The notes under the pieces: model-generated
What the model was told of the DNA's origin: nothing
What the model saw: the letters and a program-made list of their open reading frames with translations, nothing else
The model's database searches: none
Part shown: positions 26,661 through 37,201 of the stretch, one piece after another
Position numbering within the stretch: position 1 is the stretch's first letter
Layout: every line of letters starts with the position of its first letter
Source of the DNA: Thermoplasmatota archaeon
GTDB lineage: Archaea; Thermoplasmatota; Thermoplasmata; UBA10834
Reading direction: 5' to 3'
Assembly: GCA_040751795.1 (NCBI GenBank)
Contig: JBFMHR010000002.1
Coordinates: 64,001-128,000 of the forward strand
DNA length: 64,000 nt
Translations under genes and position numbers: made by a program

Positions 26661-28208
26661 TCAGGGCGACAACGGCGGGGCGCGCACCAGTGCCTTGCGG
26701 AACAGCAGGACGATCTTCGTCCCCTGGGTCTGGTCCCCCGGGACCCGGTCCTCGATCCGCAGCATCCCGCCGATGTGCTCTGCGACCAGGGACAAGAAGG
26801 GGAGCGAGGTCGCTATGCCCCGTCTCATGCGGTTCTCCGGTTCGAACACCTCGACCATCAGCCCTCTCTTCGCATCATCCGGGATGCCGGGCCCGTTGTC
26901 GGAGATCTCCACCCTCCAGTAGCGGTTGCTGTCGGACTTGCCCGCGGGCGATATCCTCACCCATATCTTGACCGCGTCCTTGCCGCTGTGCTTCACCGCG
27001 TTCTCCAGCACCTCATCGACTATGTCCTGGACGTAGCAGCCGCCGACCGCCCCGATCCCGGCATCGGGCGGCAGGCTGTGGTCGAATTCAAGCCGCTTGT
27101 TCGCATGTCTGTTCCTGAGGTCCCCCTCCTTCGCCTCGATGATCTGCCGGAGGTCGGCTATCTCGCACTTCTCGCGCGAATCCGTCTCCGACCCCGAGAG
27201 CCGCCTAGTGTTCCTCACGAAAGCGGCCGCTCGCTCGATCTGCCTGACCACCTTGCCCGCGGTGTCCCTCACCCATGGGCTCGACGTCGGGTCTGTCGAG
27301 ATCATCTCTGAGTACATCATGATGGGGCTCAGTATGTTCGTCATGTCATGGGCTATGAAGTCGAGGTACGTCTGGGCCTTGATTGCGGACGCCTCGCACT
27401 CATCCCTGCTGATCCGGAGCTCGGTCTCCGCCTTCCGCTTCTCGGTGATATCGCGGTCCGCGCCCTGAAATCCGGTCAACGCCCCGGACGAATCGATGCA
27501 CGGTACGGCGGTGCTCTCGAGGTAGCGGAGGGAGCCGTCCCCATGGGTCCAGACCGAGATGCACCCGAGCCACCCCTCCTTCGCCTCCACATGGTTCCTC
27601 AGCTCGTCCCTCTCACGCCCCCTCTCGTCCTCGGGCATGAGTTCGATGTACGAGACGTCGATCAGCTCTTCGGGGGAGTAGCCGAGGATGTCCTTCACGG
27701 CGGGGTTGCTGTACGTGATCTTCCCCTCTGGGTCGATCATCCAGATCCACTCCTTCGTCGTCTCCACGATGCTCCGGAACCGCTCCTCGCTGTCGCGGAG
27801 CCCCCTCTCAACCCTCTCCTTCTCCCGCCTGGTGGCCGCGTCCCGCAGCTCCCTGTCTATGGCTGGGACAAGGCGGGAGAGGTCGTCCTTGTTGACCCAG
27901 TCGTCCGCCCCGTCCTTCAGCAGCCTGACCGCCATCTCGGCGCTTATCCTCCCGGAGACGATGATGAACGGTATGTCTCCTCCGTGCTCGGTCAACACGT
28001 TCAGGGCCATGGGGGCGCTGAACTCCGGCATCGCGTGGTCCGCGATGACGATGTCCCAGCTGCGGGACTTCAGCGCATCCGCCATCGTTGCGGCGGTCTG
28101 GACGCGCTCGAACTCGACGTCGTACCCATTGCGTTCGAGCAGGCGGACCATCAATAGGGCGTCGCTCTCGGAATCCTCGACAATCAGGGCTCGCAGCAGG
28201 GTGCTCAT
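26661..28208 (-). CDS. Hybrid REC-PAS-histidine kinase
   Basis: LIVEDS, IADH.MP, PAS (WIW..D..G.ITYSNPA), H-box AHDMTN, LENAVKH, DNGPGI. Confidence 0.9.
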   Translation of the reverse strand: MSTLLRALIVEDSESDALLMVRLLERNGYDVEFERVQTAATMADALKSRSWDIVIADHAMPEFSAPMALNVLTEHGGDIPFIIVSGRISAEMAVRLLKDGADDWVNKDDLSRLVPAIDRELRDAATRREKERVERGLRDSEERFRSIVETTKEWIWMIDPEGKITYSNPAVKDILGYSPEELIDVSYIELMPEDERGRERDELRNHVEAKEGWLGCISVWTHGDGSLRYLESTAVPCIDSSGALTGFQGADRDITEKRKAETELRISRDECEASAIKAQTYLDFIAHDMTNILSPIMMYSEMISTDPTSSPWVRDTAGKVVRQIERAAAFVRNTRRLSGSETDSREKCEIADLRQIIEAKEGDLRNRHANKRLEFDHSLPPDAGIGAVGGCYVQDIVDEVLENAVKHSGKDAVKIWVRISPAGKSDSNRYWRVEISDNGPGIPDDAKRGLMVEVFEPENRMRRGIATSLPFLSLVAEHIGGMLRIEDRVPGDQTQGTKIVLLFRKALVRAPPLSP

Positions 28209-28211
28209 GCT

Positions 28212-28655
28212 TCACCTGTGGACCGGTGGGGGTTCGTTCAGGACGAGCCAGTACAGTCCGAGCTTCTGGGCGGCGTCCGTGAACTGCTCGAAGTCCACCG
28301 GCTTCCGGACATAGCTGTTCGCGCCCAGGCTGTATCCGGTGACGAGGTCCTGCTGCTCCTTCGAGGACGTGAGGATCACGACCGGGAGCATCTTCGTCCG
28401 CTCCTCCGCCCTGATCCTGCGGAGCACCTCGAACCCATCGATCTTGGGGAGCTTCAGGTCCAGGAGAACCACCGCGGGGTTCTCGTGCTCCCTGTCCGCG
28501 AACGCGCCCCTGCAGAACAGGTAGTCCAACGCCTCCTCGCCGTCCCGGACCACCGCCACTTCGTTCAGGATGCGGTTCTTCCTGAACGCCCTGAGCGTGA
28601 GCTCAACGTCGTCCGGGTTGTCCTCCACCAGCAGAATCCTTGCCTCGCCCATCAT
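28212..28655 (-). CDS. Single-domain response regulator (Rcp1-like)
   Basis: LLVEDNPDD, LLDLKLPKIDG, LTSS, GANSYVRKPVDF. Confidence 0.95.
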   Translation of the reverse strand: MMGEARILLVEDNPDDVELTLRAFRKNRILNEVAVVRDGEEALDYLFCRGAFADREHENPAVVLLDLKLPKIDGFEVLRRIRAEERTKMLPVVILTSSKEQQDLVTGYSLGANSYVRKPVDFEQFTDAAQKLGLYWLVLNEPPPVHR

Positions 28656-28696
28656 CCATCACTCTCCTCCCGATGCTTGTCTGTGTGCCGTCTGAA

Positions 28697-30517
28697 TCAC
28701 TTCCTTCCAGATAGCGTGAATCGGAAGACTGCGCCTTCGCCCGCGACACCTTCCGCCCATATCCTGCCCCCGTGTCTGGCCAATATCCTCTGCGCGGTGG
28801 CGAGCCCGATGCCGGTCCCAGGGAAGTCCTCCGTGGAGTGGAGCCTCTGGAACGGCAGGAACAGCTTCTCGGAGTAGGCCATGTCGAACCCCGCGCCGTT
28901 GTCACGCACATAGAAGACGTCCTCGTCCCCCTCCGGCTCCGTTCCGAACTGGATCTTCGCCGATGGCTTCTTCGAGGTGAACTTCCAGGCGTTGCCGATG
29001 AGGTTGTCCAAGGCTATCCGGATCAGCCTCGGGTCCGCGTGCGCGTGCAGGCCGTCCTCGATCTCGAAGAGGACTTCCCTGTCCGGGTTCGTCCTCTTCA
29101 GGTCCGAGGCCACAGAGCGGGCGATCGCACTGAGGCTGATGTCCTCGCACTTCATCTCGGACCTGGCAACCCGGGAAAGTATCAGTATGTCATCTATCAG
29201 GACCCCCATCCGCTGGCACGCCCCCCTTATCCTCGTCAGGTAGTCCTTCGCGGCGGGGTCCAGCTTGTCTCCGTAGTCCTCGAGGACGGCGAGGCTGAAC
29301 CCGTCCGCGACGCGGAGGGGGGCGCGCAGGTCGTGAGACACCGAGTAGCTGAACGAGTCTAGCTCCTGGTTCGTCCTGACGAGCTCCCGGTTGGCCTCTC
29401 TGAGGGCCGCCTCATCCTCAATCTGACGAGTCACATCCCTGGCGATGGCAAGCACGACGCCCTCTTCGACTATCGGGTAGGAGCTCCACGACAGCCATTT
29501 GTAGGAGCCGTCGGCGCAGCGATACCGGTTGACAAACCCTGTCACCGGCAGCCCCTTGGCGAGGTCGCTGGCAGCAGCCATCGTGCGCTCCCGGTCGTCT
29601 GGGTGGACATACTCGATGTACGGCCTTGCGGACAGGTCCTTGTCGTTCCATCCGAGCGACCTGTTCCATGCGGGGTTCAGCTGCTTGAAGTAGCCGTCGA
29701 ACCCGGCGAAGCAGATCATGTCTATCGACAGGTTGAAGAGGCGGTTGCGTTGCTCCTCCGCTCGCCTCCTGAGCGATGTATCGTGCGCGGTGGACGAGGC
29801 GCCCGTGACCCTCCCCGCCCGGTCGACTATCGGGGAGACGGTGATCGACACATGGATGCTTCCGCCGTTCTTCGCGGTCCTCACGGTCTCGAAGTTGTCC
29901 ACGCGCTCCCCGTCCCTTATCCTCTCCAGGATGAGGGACAGTTCCTTCCTCCTCTCGGCGGGGATGATTGCCTCGATGGAACGTCCGACCATCTCGCTCG
30001 CAGTGTAGCCGTAGAGCCGCTCCGCGCTCTTGTTCCAGCTCGTCACGATGCCGTCCAGCGACTTGCCTATGATGGCATCGCTGGACCAGCTCACGATCGA
30101 CGCGAGCCTGTCTCCCTGCTCCGCGGTCCTCAGCTGATACACGGCCACGAGGGCGATCGCCCATACCGCGACAAGGGCCATCACGTGGTTCGCGATCGCG
30201 ATATCGATGTCTGTCGAGGGATGCGTCGCTGCGGCTACGGCGATGAGGGGGGAGGATATCACCGCGAGCACCAGGGGCACGTTCTGTCTGTTGCTGAAGA
30301 CGCTCAGGCCCACGGGCAGGACATAGAGAATGCTGACGGTCGCCTCGAAGTCCACGAGGCTGTCCGCCAGGAAGACGACCCCGAGGATGATGAGCGCGCC
30401 CCCCGTCACAGCTGCCTGCTTCCTCCGCAACTCCCGACGGCTTGCGGGGTCGTCTGAAAGGACCTCTTCTGCGTGCGAGGATTCTTGCGCGGACCTATCC
30501 TCCAAGCCCGAACTCAT
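28697..30517 (-). CDS. Membrane PAS-PAS histidine kinase (Cph1-type HisKA)
   Basis: Four TM, two PAS, FSYSVSHDLRAPL, NLIGNAWKF, DNGAGF, FQRLH, GTGIGL. Confidence 0.93.
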   Translation of the reverse strand: MSSGLEDRSAQESSHAEEVLSDDPASRRELRRKQAAVTGGALIILGVVFLADSLVDFEATVSILYVLPVGLSVFSNRQNVPLVLAVISSPLIAVAAATHPSTDIDIAIANHVMALVAVWAIALVAVYQLRTAEQGDRLASIVSWSSDAIIGKSLDGIVTSWNKSAERLYGYTASEMVGRSIEAIIPAERRKELSLILERIRDGERVDNFETVRTAKNGGSIHVSITVSPIVDRAGRVTGASSTAHDTSLRRRAEEQRNRLFNLSIDMICFAGFDGYFKQLNPAWNRSLGWNDKDLSARPYIEYVHPDDRERTMAAASDLAKGLPVTGFVNRYRCADGSYKWLSWSSYPIVEEGVVLAIARDVTRQIEDEAALREANRELVRTNQELDSFSYSVSHDLRAPLRVADGFSLAVLEDYGDKLDPAAKDYLTRIRGACQRMGVLIDDILILSRVARSEMKCEDISLSAIARSVASDLKRTNPDREVLFEIEDGLHAHADPRLIRIALDNLIGNAWKFTSKKPSAKIQFGTEPEGDEDVFYVRDNGAGFDMAYSEKLFLPFQRLHSTEDFPGTGIGLATAQRILARHGGRIWAEGVAGEGAVFRFTLSGRK

Positions 30518-30963
30518 GTCATTCCACCGCGAGTTCGGAGACCTGAGCGTCACCGGCGAAGTGCTCCCTAGGTAGGGCGGGGGTATTGGCTATCTCAGGA
30601 CTCCTCCAGATCCGTCCTGGTGGGTCGCGTGCGCGATCCCAACGCTCTCCTGTGAACGTTGTCATCGGCCTGTGCATCTTTATACATTGTGGTGCGCAGC
30701 ATCATGACGTGCCCCTGGTCTTCCGTCACCGACGAGTCCCGTTCCACCCCCCTCGCGTGCCCTCCCCCGCTCGTTCGAGCCGGGTTCTCACCCGGCCCCC
30801 TCTCCATCGCTGGGAGGGCCGCCCCGCCTCTCCCCGTCCGCCATGTTCCCTGTGATTCAAATGGGCGCTCTCTGCCCATGGACCGCACATGCGCGGAGAC
30901 ATGCAATCCGTGCCAGGCGGAGCGCGATCGCCGTCCCATGCCGCCCGCGTCCCCCGGACCGGT

Positions 30964-31338
30964 TCAGTCCGCCTGCCCCTTCGCGAGGTTCTGGACCGCC
31001 GCGAGCAGTTCGGCTATCCCGAAGGGCTTCGGGAGGAACCCTGCCGCGCCAGCGGCGATCGCCGCATTCCTCGCAGCCGTGTCGGCGCTGACGAACAGCA
31101 CGCGCACGGACGGCGCGGCCCTGATGATCTCCGCCATGACATCGATGCCGTTCATGACCGGCAGCCAGTAGTCCATGATGACCACGTCGGGGGGCGGCGA
31201 GATCTCCTTGAACCTGCTCAGCGCGTCCCCGCCGTCGTACACGTATCCCGCTATCTCAACCCCGCCCATCTCGAGCACGGCCTTCAGCGCCCCGACTATC
31301 GCCGGGTCGTCGTCCACGATGAACACCCTCGTCGCCAT
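30964..31338 (-). CDS. Single-domain response regulator
   Basis: FIVDDD, IMDYWLPVMNG, VSA, FLPKPF. Confidence 0.9.
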   Translation of the reverse strand: MATRVFIVDDDPAIVGALKAVLEMGGVEIAGYVYDGGDALSRFKEISPPPDVVIMDYWLPVMNGIDVMAEIIRAAPSVRVLFVSADTAARNAAIAAGAAGFLPKPFGIAELLAAVQNLAKGQAD

Positions 31339-31339
31339 T

Positions 31340-32959
31340 TCAGACACCTCCCGTCGTCGCGAATGTATCGACCGCGGGCAGCTCTATGGTGACCACCCGG
31401 CTCGGTACCCCGTTGTCGCCCTGGGAGTTCTCTATGCCCAGCTCCCCCCCGAAGTGGCTCACTATCGAGGAGTAGAACGCATAGCTGGACGCGATCCCTC
31501 TGCCGAACCCACGCTTCGGGTCGTAGATCATCTTAGCCTCCGCCAGGGTCTCCTGGGGGAAGGTGCTCCCCGCCGTCGTGATGCTCATCTGCCACCTGCC
31601 CCTGCCCCGCTGGTCCCTCGCCTTGCGGATGGCGATCGACAGCCTGACCGAGTCCCCCGGGGAGTCGTCGACGGCGTCCTTCAGTATCAAGTATATGACA
31701 TTCTCGATGTGCTCGCCCCCGGGGACTATCGCCACGGCTCCGGACGGAATCGACTTGGTCATCGATATCGTCTTCTTGCCGCGGGCGGACTGGACGAAGT
31801 CCTCCATCGCCTGGAGAGCCATCACCAGGTCCAGGGCCACGAACGATTCCTTGGGGACCGCCTCCGCGGCCGCCAGCCTCCTGAGGTTGGACACGAAGAC
31901 CCCGCCCTTGCGCGCCTGTCTGTGGATGATCTCGAGGCTCCTCCTCTGCTTGGGCGTGAGGTTCTCGTCCATCATGAGCATCTCGGAGTACGAGACTATG
32001 GGCGAGATTATGTTCGACACATCGTGCGCGAGGAAGTCCAGGTGGGCCTGCGCCCTCAGTTTGGCCTCCTCCGCCTCCTTCGTCTTCATCTCGAGCATGC
32101 CCCGGTCCCTCTCGCGCGCCCTGCGGGACAGCTCAATCCTCTCGAACGGCACGGCCACGGATTCCCTGAGGAGCGACAGGAAGAAGATGAGGAAGCTGGT
32201 GAACTCCAGGACGTGCCCCAGGATGTGGGCCATGTCGCTCGCGTAGCCCTGTGACGAGAACGAGAGCTCCGCGAAGGCTCCCACGGTGAGGGCCGCGGCG
32301 GAGTAGAAGTGGGCGACCTCCTTCTGGACGCCCCCGATCTGGGCGTACCTCAGAGCGCCGAGCGCGAACACGGCGGTGCAGGCCAGGCTCAGGGTGAGCC
32401 CGTATGCGGTGAGCCCGCCTTCCTCTGCGTATATATCCGGCAGGGCCCCCCTCACCATCACGAGGTAGAACCCGAGGAGCAGCAGCACTGCGACGCCGAG
32501 GATGATCAATATGGGGTCGGACCTGTCGGCCTGGCGCTTGAAGTGGAGGAATGCCAGCGCGGTCAGCGCGATGGCGAGGGTGAACCGGGACAGCAGGCGG
32601 AAGTGGGCGGAGGTGTCCGGGGACGCCTCGAGCGAATCCTCCAGCAGTCCGGGGTACGACAGCACATGCAGCAGGAAGAACATCCCGACCAGCAGGAAGG
32701 CCGCCCCCGCGAGCAGGTTCGGCAGGCTCTTCGCGAGGCGTCCGGATGTCCACCGGATGCCGAATATGCTCAGGGCTATCGATGTCGAGAGGATCAGGAG
32801 GGTGGTGTGGGCGGGCGCGAACGACGACTCCCATGCGACGACGCGGTCCCCGTCCGAGTCCGCCACGAGGATGGCCGCCGAGGCGAGCGCACAGGCGATC
32901 GCCAGGATGATCAGTCCCGAATAGGGCCTTGCGTGCGAGCGCAGAAACTCCAATCCCAT
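31340..32959 (-). CDS. MASE3-type membrane sensor with HisKA and degenerate ATPase domain
   Basis: About 8 TM with H..SYPG, ELSF, LGH motifs; H-box AHDVSN; N and G1 boxes not recognisable. Confidence 0.75.
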   Translation of the reverse strand: MGLEFLRSHARPYSGLIILAIACALASAAILVADSDGDRVVAWESSFAPAHTTLLILSTSIALSIFGIRWTSGRLAKSLPNLLAGAAFLLVGMFFLLHVLSYPGLLEDSLEASPDTSAHFRLLSRFTLAIALTALAFLHFKRQADRSDPILIILGVAVLLLLGFYLVMVRGALPDIYAEEGGLTAYGLTLSLACTAVFALGALRYAQIGGVQKEVAHFYSAAALTVGAFAELSFSSQGYASDMAHILGHVLEFTSFLIFFLSLLRESVAVPFERIELSRRARERDRGMLEMKTKEAEEAKLRAQAHLDFLAHDVSNIISPIVSYSEMLMMDENLTPKQRRSLEIIHRQARKGGVFVSNLRRLAAAEAVPKESFVALDLVMALQAMEDFVQSARGKKTISMTKSIPSGAVAIVPGGEHIENVIYLILKDAVDDSPGDSVRLSIAIRKARDQRGRGRWQMSITTAGSTFPQETLAEAKMIYDPKRGFGRGIASSYAFYSSIVSHFGGELGIENSQGDNGVPSRVVTIELPAVDTFATTGGV

Positions 32960-33041
32960 CTCCCCGGTCGGGGGGGTAATCCTGTTCTGGGGTCTTAGTG
33001 TTTTTGCGTGGGTCGCGCCCGATGCCCCTCGGGCGGGCGCC

Positions 33042-34112
33042 TCAGAGCCTCTTGGCGTATTGGCTCAGGACCCACAGCGCGATCAGGGTGATCCACTGGC
33101 CCGTCTCCGTGTGCGGCCTGTCCGAGTCGCTCCAGAGGCCGTCCCGGTACCTGGCCGACATCAGCCATCTTATCGGCTTCTCCATCCGTGGGTCGTCCGG
33201 ACCACGGCCCGCCTTGGTCAGGACGTCGAGCGCGGCAAGGCCGCTGCACTTGTTGTGCGGGTACTTGGCCGCGGTCCAGTTCCTCTCGCTCTCGTAGAAG
33301 TTGGGGTGCGGGTTCCTCTGGAAGAACCTCCCGAGCAGGAAGTCGGTGCCCCTCTCCACGCACTTGGACCTCCTCGTCCAGACCATCTCGTTCAGCCCCC
33401 ACAGGACCATCACGGTGGTCCAGTGGCAGCTGGGGACGTCCTGCAGCTCCGCGGGGCCGTGCCTCCCCTTCTCGTCCGTCTTCATGAGCGCGACGAACTC
33501 GTCCATGCCCAGGCCCTTGTACTCCGGGAGGTACCTCACGTCCTGCAGGTAGGGCATGTTCCAGCCGCCGTCCCTCCTCTGGCTCGAGATGAGCCATTCC
33601 GCCACCCTGTTCAGCCTCCTGTGCTCCTCCGCCGAGAGGCCGACCAGGACGTAGAGGGCGAACCCGTTGTGGTGCGGCTGCGGGAGGCCGTGCGAGACCG
33701 GCCCCCTTATGTAGCCCTCGGGCGCCTGCCGGCCGAGCAGCCATTCCAGGGACGCATCGACCCTGGGGTCGCCCGGGGGGGTGACGAAGTGGAGGAGCTT
33801 CAGGAGGTTCCCCAGCACGGCCATGTGGGTCATGTAGGCTTCGTCCCGGATGCGGCTATGGACCCCCCGGCCAGTGCCCCTCGGCGTCGCCCATGTCCCG
33901 TCGGGCCCTATCCCCTGGAGGAGCCTCAGCCTGGGCGGGTACCGTTCGCAGTCCTCGAGGGCGCGCTGTACGGAGAGGTCCTCCCTGTCCTTTCCGAGTA
34001 TGTCCTTGAGGACCCAGTACCTCATCGATGGCGACGAGCTCTGGAGCAGCCTGTTGGCTGACTCGTCCACCATCCGGTTGATCTCGTCGACCAGCATGCT
34101 ACCACGGGGCAT
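33042..34112 (-). CDS. Prenyltransferase/squalene cyclase-like alpha-alpha barrel protein
   Basis: QW-like repeats (PDGTW, QAPEGY, QRRDGGW, RDGLW), SC..T, WITL.AL..L. Confidence 0.7.
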   Translation of the reverse strand: MPRGSMLVDEINRMVDESANRLLQSSSPSMRYWVLKDILGKDREDLSVQRALEDCERYPPRLRLLQGIGPDGTWATPRGTGRGVHSRIRDEAYMTHMAVLGNLLKLLHFVTPPGDPRVDASLEWLLGRQAPEGYIRGPVSHGLPQPHHNGFALYVLVGLSAEEHRRLNRVAEWLISSQRRDGGWNMPYLQDVRYLPEYKGLGMDEFVALMKTDEKGRHGPAELQDVPSCHWTTVMVLWGLNEMVWTRRSKCVERGTDFLLGRFFQRNPHPNFYESERNWTAAKYPHNKCSGLAALDVLTKAGRGPDDPRMEKPIRWLMSARYRDGLWSDSDRPHTETGQWITLIALWVLSQYAKRL

Positions 34113-34142
34113 CAGCTTCGGAGGATAATTCCCCTGCGGTTC

Positions 34143-37082
34143 TCACTCGTCACTCGGGCACCGCTTCGTCTCCCTTCTCTCCCTCTGCAGCGCCCCGGGC
34201 GCCCACCATCCCCACTTGCCCAGCCTGGTCATCATCGCGGGGACGATGTATGTCCTCACGACCATCGCGTCGAGGAGTATCGCGAACGCGAGGGCGAACC
34301 CGATCTCCTTGAGCATCATCGTGCTCGAGACCATCATCATGCTGAAGGCCGAGCCCATGATGACCGCCAGGGCGGTGATTATCCCGCCCGTCCAGTCAAG
34401 CGACTCGACGACGGCGTCCCTGTCGCTCTTGCCCTTGTGGATCTCCTCCCTTATCCTGGTGAGGATGAAGACGTTGTAGTCCATCCCTATCCCCATCAGC
34501 ATGATGAATAGGATGAGGGGTATGATCCACAGTATGGGCTCCCCGAGGCCGTAGCCGAACAGGACGACAGTGACCGCGAAGGTCCAGGTTATGCTCAGCA
34601 TTATGGACACTATCGCGAAGAGGGACAGCAGGACCGCACCGAGGACCACCAGCAGCACTATGAATATGCCAATCACGACTATGATCTCCATCGTGGTGAA
34701 CTGCCTGTCCAGGTCGATCTTGAGGTCGTATATGACGGCGGTGGAGCCGCCGACCAGCACCTCCACCGACGACATGGACGCGTCAGACGCCCTGAGGTCC
34801 GCGAGGTCCCGCCTCAGGACGTCGACCGTGTCGAGCGACTCGGGGGTCATCGGACCCGCTTCCAGGATGACGCTGAACAGGACGGTGCGTCCGTCGGCCC
34901 CCACCATCGAGAGCATCGACGCGAGCGTCTCGGGGGACAGGGAGCTTGAGTTCGCGTAGTCCACGCGGTCGCCCTTGGGGTTCGTCACCCCGGTGACCTG
35001 CTTGACGTTCTCCACCTCGGCCATCGCGGCGGCCATGCCGTCGATGTCGTCCAGCATGGCGAGATCGAACTCCCCGTCGGAGTACACGGGACCGTCGAAC
35101 ACCGCGACCACCTGCGTGGGCATTATGCGGCCGGCGCCGAACGCGTCCGTCATGGCGACGATGCCCTCGCTGCTCTCGACCCCCGAGGCCATCCCGCCGA
35201 TGAAGTCGAAGCTCGTCTCGGCCTCCAGGAAGATGTACGTGGTCGGCACGGAGACCAGCAGGGCCGCGACGAGCACGGCCTTGGAGTGGTTGATGGAGAA
35301 GTTGGCGGCCTTGTAGAAGTAGCCCCTGTGCCCCTCGGCCCTCCTCGCCATGGTCCTCTCGGCGAACCTGTACCACCTCGCCCCCCTCGTGGGCCAGAAG
35401 ATCCTGTTGCCGAGGAGCATTATGAGGGAAGGTATGAGGGTCAGGGCCACCAGGAGGGACACGGCGATCGCCAGGCCGAGCACCAGCCCCATTGTCCTTA
35501 TCATGGAGAAGTCGGCGATCCCCAGGGCGAAGAACGAGATCATGACCGTCGCGCCGCTGGTGGTGATGCTCTCGCCTGCCCAGGTGACCGATGTCCTGAC
35601 GGACTCCTCCCTGTTGTGCCCCTTGATGCGCTCCTCCCTGTACCTCGCGACTATGAATATCGCGTAGTCCGTCCCGACGCCCATCAGTATGCTGAACAGG
35701 AGCGTCACGACCGAGTAGTGGACGTCCGCGACGAGGGTGCCTATCGCGAACACCACCGCCTGGCTCACCCCCAGCGCCACGAGCACGCCCCCGAGGGGCA
35801 GGAACTGCGCCACGACCGACCTGAAGAACACGCCCATGAGCACAATGATGATGACTATGGTGACGGGCTCGATGAGGCTGAGCTCCTCCATCATGGACTC
35901 CTCCATGTCCGCGGTCAGGGCCGCGTCCCCGGTGACATAGGTCCTGTAGTCCGCGGTGAGGTGCAGTGCCCTCTCCTCGGCGACGATGTCCCTGAGCGTC
36001 TGGACGTTCTCCACGATGGGCTTCACCCCGCCCTCGGTGTAGCCGGAGTCCTTCCAGAAGTTGAGGACGATGAGGGTCGCCGTCTGGTCGGGGCTCACGA
36101 AGCTCGACAGGTACTCGGGCGGCAGCTGGACCGGCAGCTCGGAGAGGCCGTTGGAGCTGACGACGCCCCTCGCGAAGACCGCGAGCTCCTCCTGGGCGTA
36201 CACAGGCCCGAGGGCGTAGATCTCCTCGATGAACGCGGTGTCGGCGACCCCTGCGTACGTCGCTATGCTGGACACGGAGAACGCGTGTATGAGCGTGAGG
36301 TTGGCGAAGCTGGTGAGGTCGAACGACCCGAGGACCCCGTACAGCATCGCCTTCTGCTCCTCCGGGAGGCCTGCGATGAACTGGGGCGCTGCCTCGTCTA
36401 TCGCGACCTCGGCCCTCAGGGGCGGGTTCGAGACGAGCGTGGCGTTGTCATAGGTCGAGTTCCATGAGTACGTGAACGCGGAGAAGTACCCGTACGCCAT
36501 CTGGGCGGTCGCGTCGTCGACGGGTCCGAGCAGGCTCGGCAGGGCCGCGGCGGTGGCTGCGTACGCCTGGGCGTCCCTCTCCTGAACCGTCAGCAGCGGG
36601 TCGGTGGACATCCAGGTGCTGAGGTGCATCGCCGGTATCCCGTAGAGGAGGGAGGCGGTCAGGTTGACCTGGTACTCGGTCTCGTACACCGCGGGGCCGA
36701 GCTCCGAGGCCATCGCGTAGACCATGCCCTCGTACACCGAGTACACGGAGCTGAAGTCCTCGAGGTAGGCGATCTCCCCTCCGCCGTTCACGCGGTCCCC
36801 CAGCTCGATGCAGAAGTCCCGGACCTCCGGGGAGCCGACGTCGGGCCCGGTCAGGACTATCATGAGCGTGCTGTTGGCCAGGGCGACCGGGAACTGCTCG
36901 TCGATGATCGCCTGGGCGTTGAGTGACTCGATGTCCCCCTCCACCATCTCCGATTCCTGGTAGACGAGGACGTCGCTGACGCCCGTGATCGCGGGGGCGA
37001 TGTAGAGCAGCGCGGCTATCCAGATGATTATGATGGCCTTGTGGTGGCGGACGACGTTGTCGGCGAGCCTCTCGAATATCAT
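34143..37082 (-). CDS. MMPL/RND family transporter
   Basis: GVGTDYAIFIVARYREE, AGESITTSG, GIGMDYNVFILTRIREE, LLDAMVVRTYIVPA. Confidence 0.93.
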   Translation of the reverse strand: MIFERLADNVVRHHKAIIIIWIAALLYIAPAITGVSDVLVYQESEMVEGDIESLNAQAIIDEQFPVALANSTLMIVLTGPDVGSPEVRDFCIELGDRVNGGGEIAYLEDFSSVYSVYEGMVYAMASELGPAVYETEYQVNLTASLLYGIPAMHLSTWMSTDPLLTVQERDAQAYAATAAALPSLLGPVDDATAQMAYGYFSAFTYSWNSTYDNATLVSNPPLRAEVAIDEAAPQFIAGLPEEQKAMLYGVLGSFDLTSFANLTLIHAFSVSSIATYAGVADTAFIEEIYALGPVYAQEELAVFARGVVSSNGLSELPVQLPPEYLSSFVSPDQTATLIVLNFWKDSGYTEGGVKPIVENVQTLRDIVAEERALHLTADYRTYVTGDAALTADMEESMMEELSLIEPVTIVIIIVLMGVFFRSVVAQFLPLGGVLVALGVSQAVVFAIGTLVADVHYSVVTLLFSILMGVGTDYAIFIVARYREERIKGHNREESVRTSVTWAGESITTSGATVMISFFALGIADFSMIRTMGLVLGLAIAVSLLVALTLIPSLIMLLGNRIFWPTRGARWYRFAERTMARRAEGHRGYFYKAANFSINHSKAVLVAALLVSVPTTYIFLEAETSFDFIGGMASGVESSEGIVAMTDAFGAGRIMPTQVVAVFDGPVYSDGEFDLAMLDDIDGMAAAMAEVENVKQVTGVTNPKGDRVDYANSSSLSPETLASMLSMVGADGRTVLFSVILEAGPMTPESLDTVDVLRRDLADLRASDASMSSVEVLVGGSTAVIYDLKIDLDRQFTTMEIIVVIGIFIVLLVVLGAVLLSLFAIVSIMLSITWTFAVTVVLFGYGLGEPILWIIPLILFIMLMGIGMDYNVFILTRIREEIHKGKSDRDAVVESLDWTGGIITALAVIMGSAFSMMMVSSTMMLKEIGFALAFAILLDAMVVRTYIVPAMMTRLGKWGWWAPGALQRERRETKRCPSDE

Positions 37083-37103
37083 GTCCTCAGTCTCCGTGTT
37101 TGT

Positions 37104-37148
37104 TGTTATGTCACTACTAACAGGGCGGCCGTTAGACCGCTACTAACA
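37104..37148. promoter_or_regulatory. Two repeated GTTA-N9-TAAC boxes in the divergent MMPL/TrmB promoter
   Basis: TGTTATGTCACTACTAACA (37104-37122) and CGTTAGACCGCTACTAACA (37130-37148), next to TATAT. Confidence 0.55.
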
Positions 37149-37201
37149 TATATCCATTTCGGACTTGTGTTTGACGAGCGTACCGCAGGGGAGTTGCAGC
37201 G

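Noticed and set aside
30560-30960. 400-bp gap in the two-component cluster
   Set aside because: No repeat, RNA motif or credible ORF recognised beyond a possible TATA near 30678
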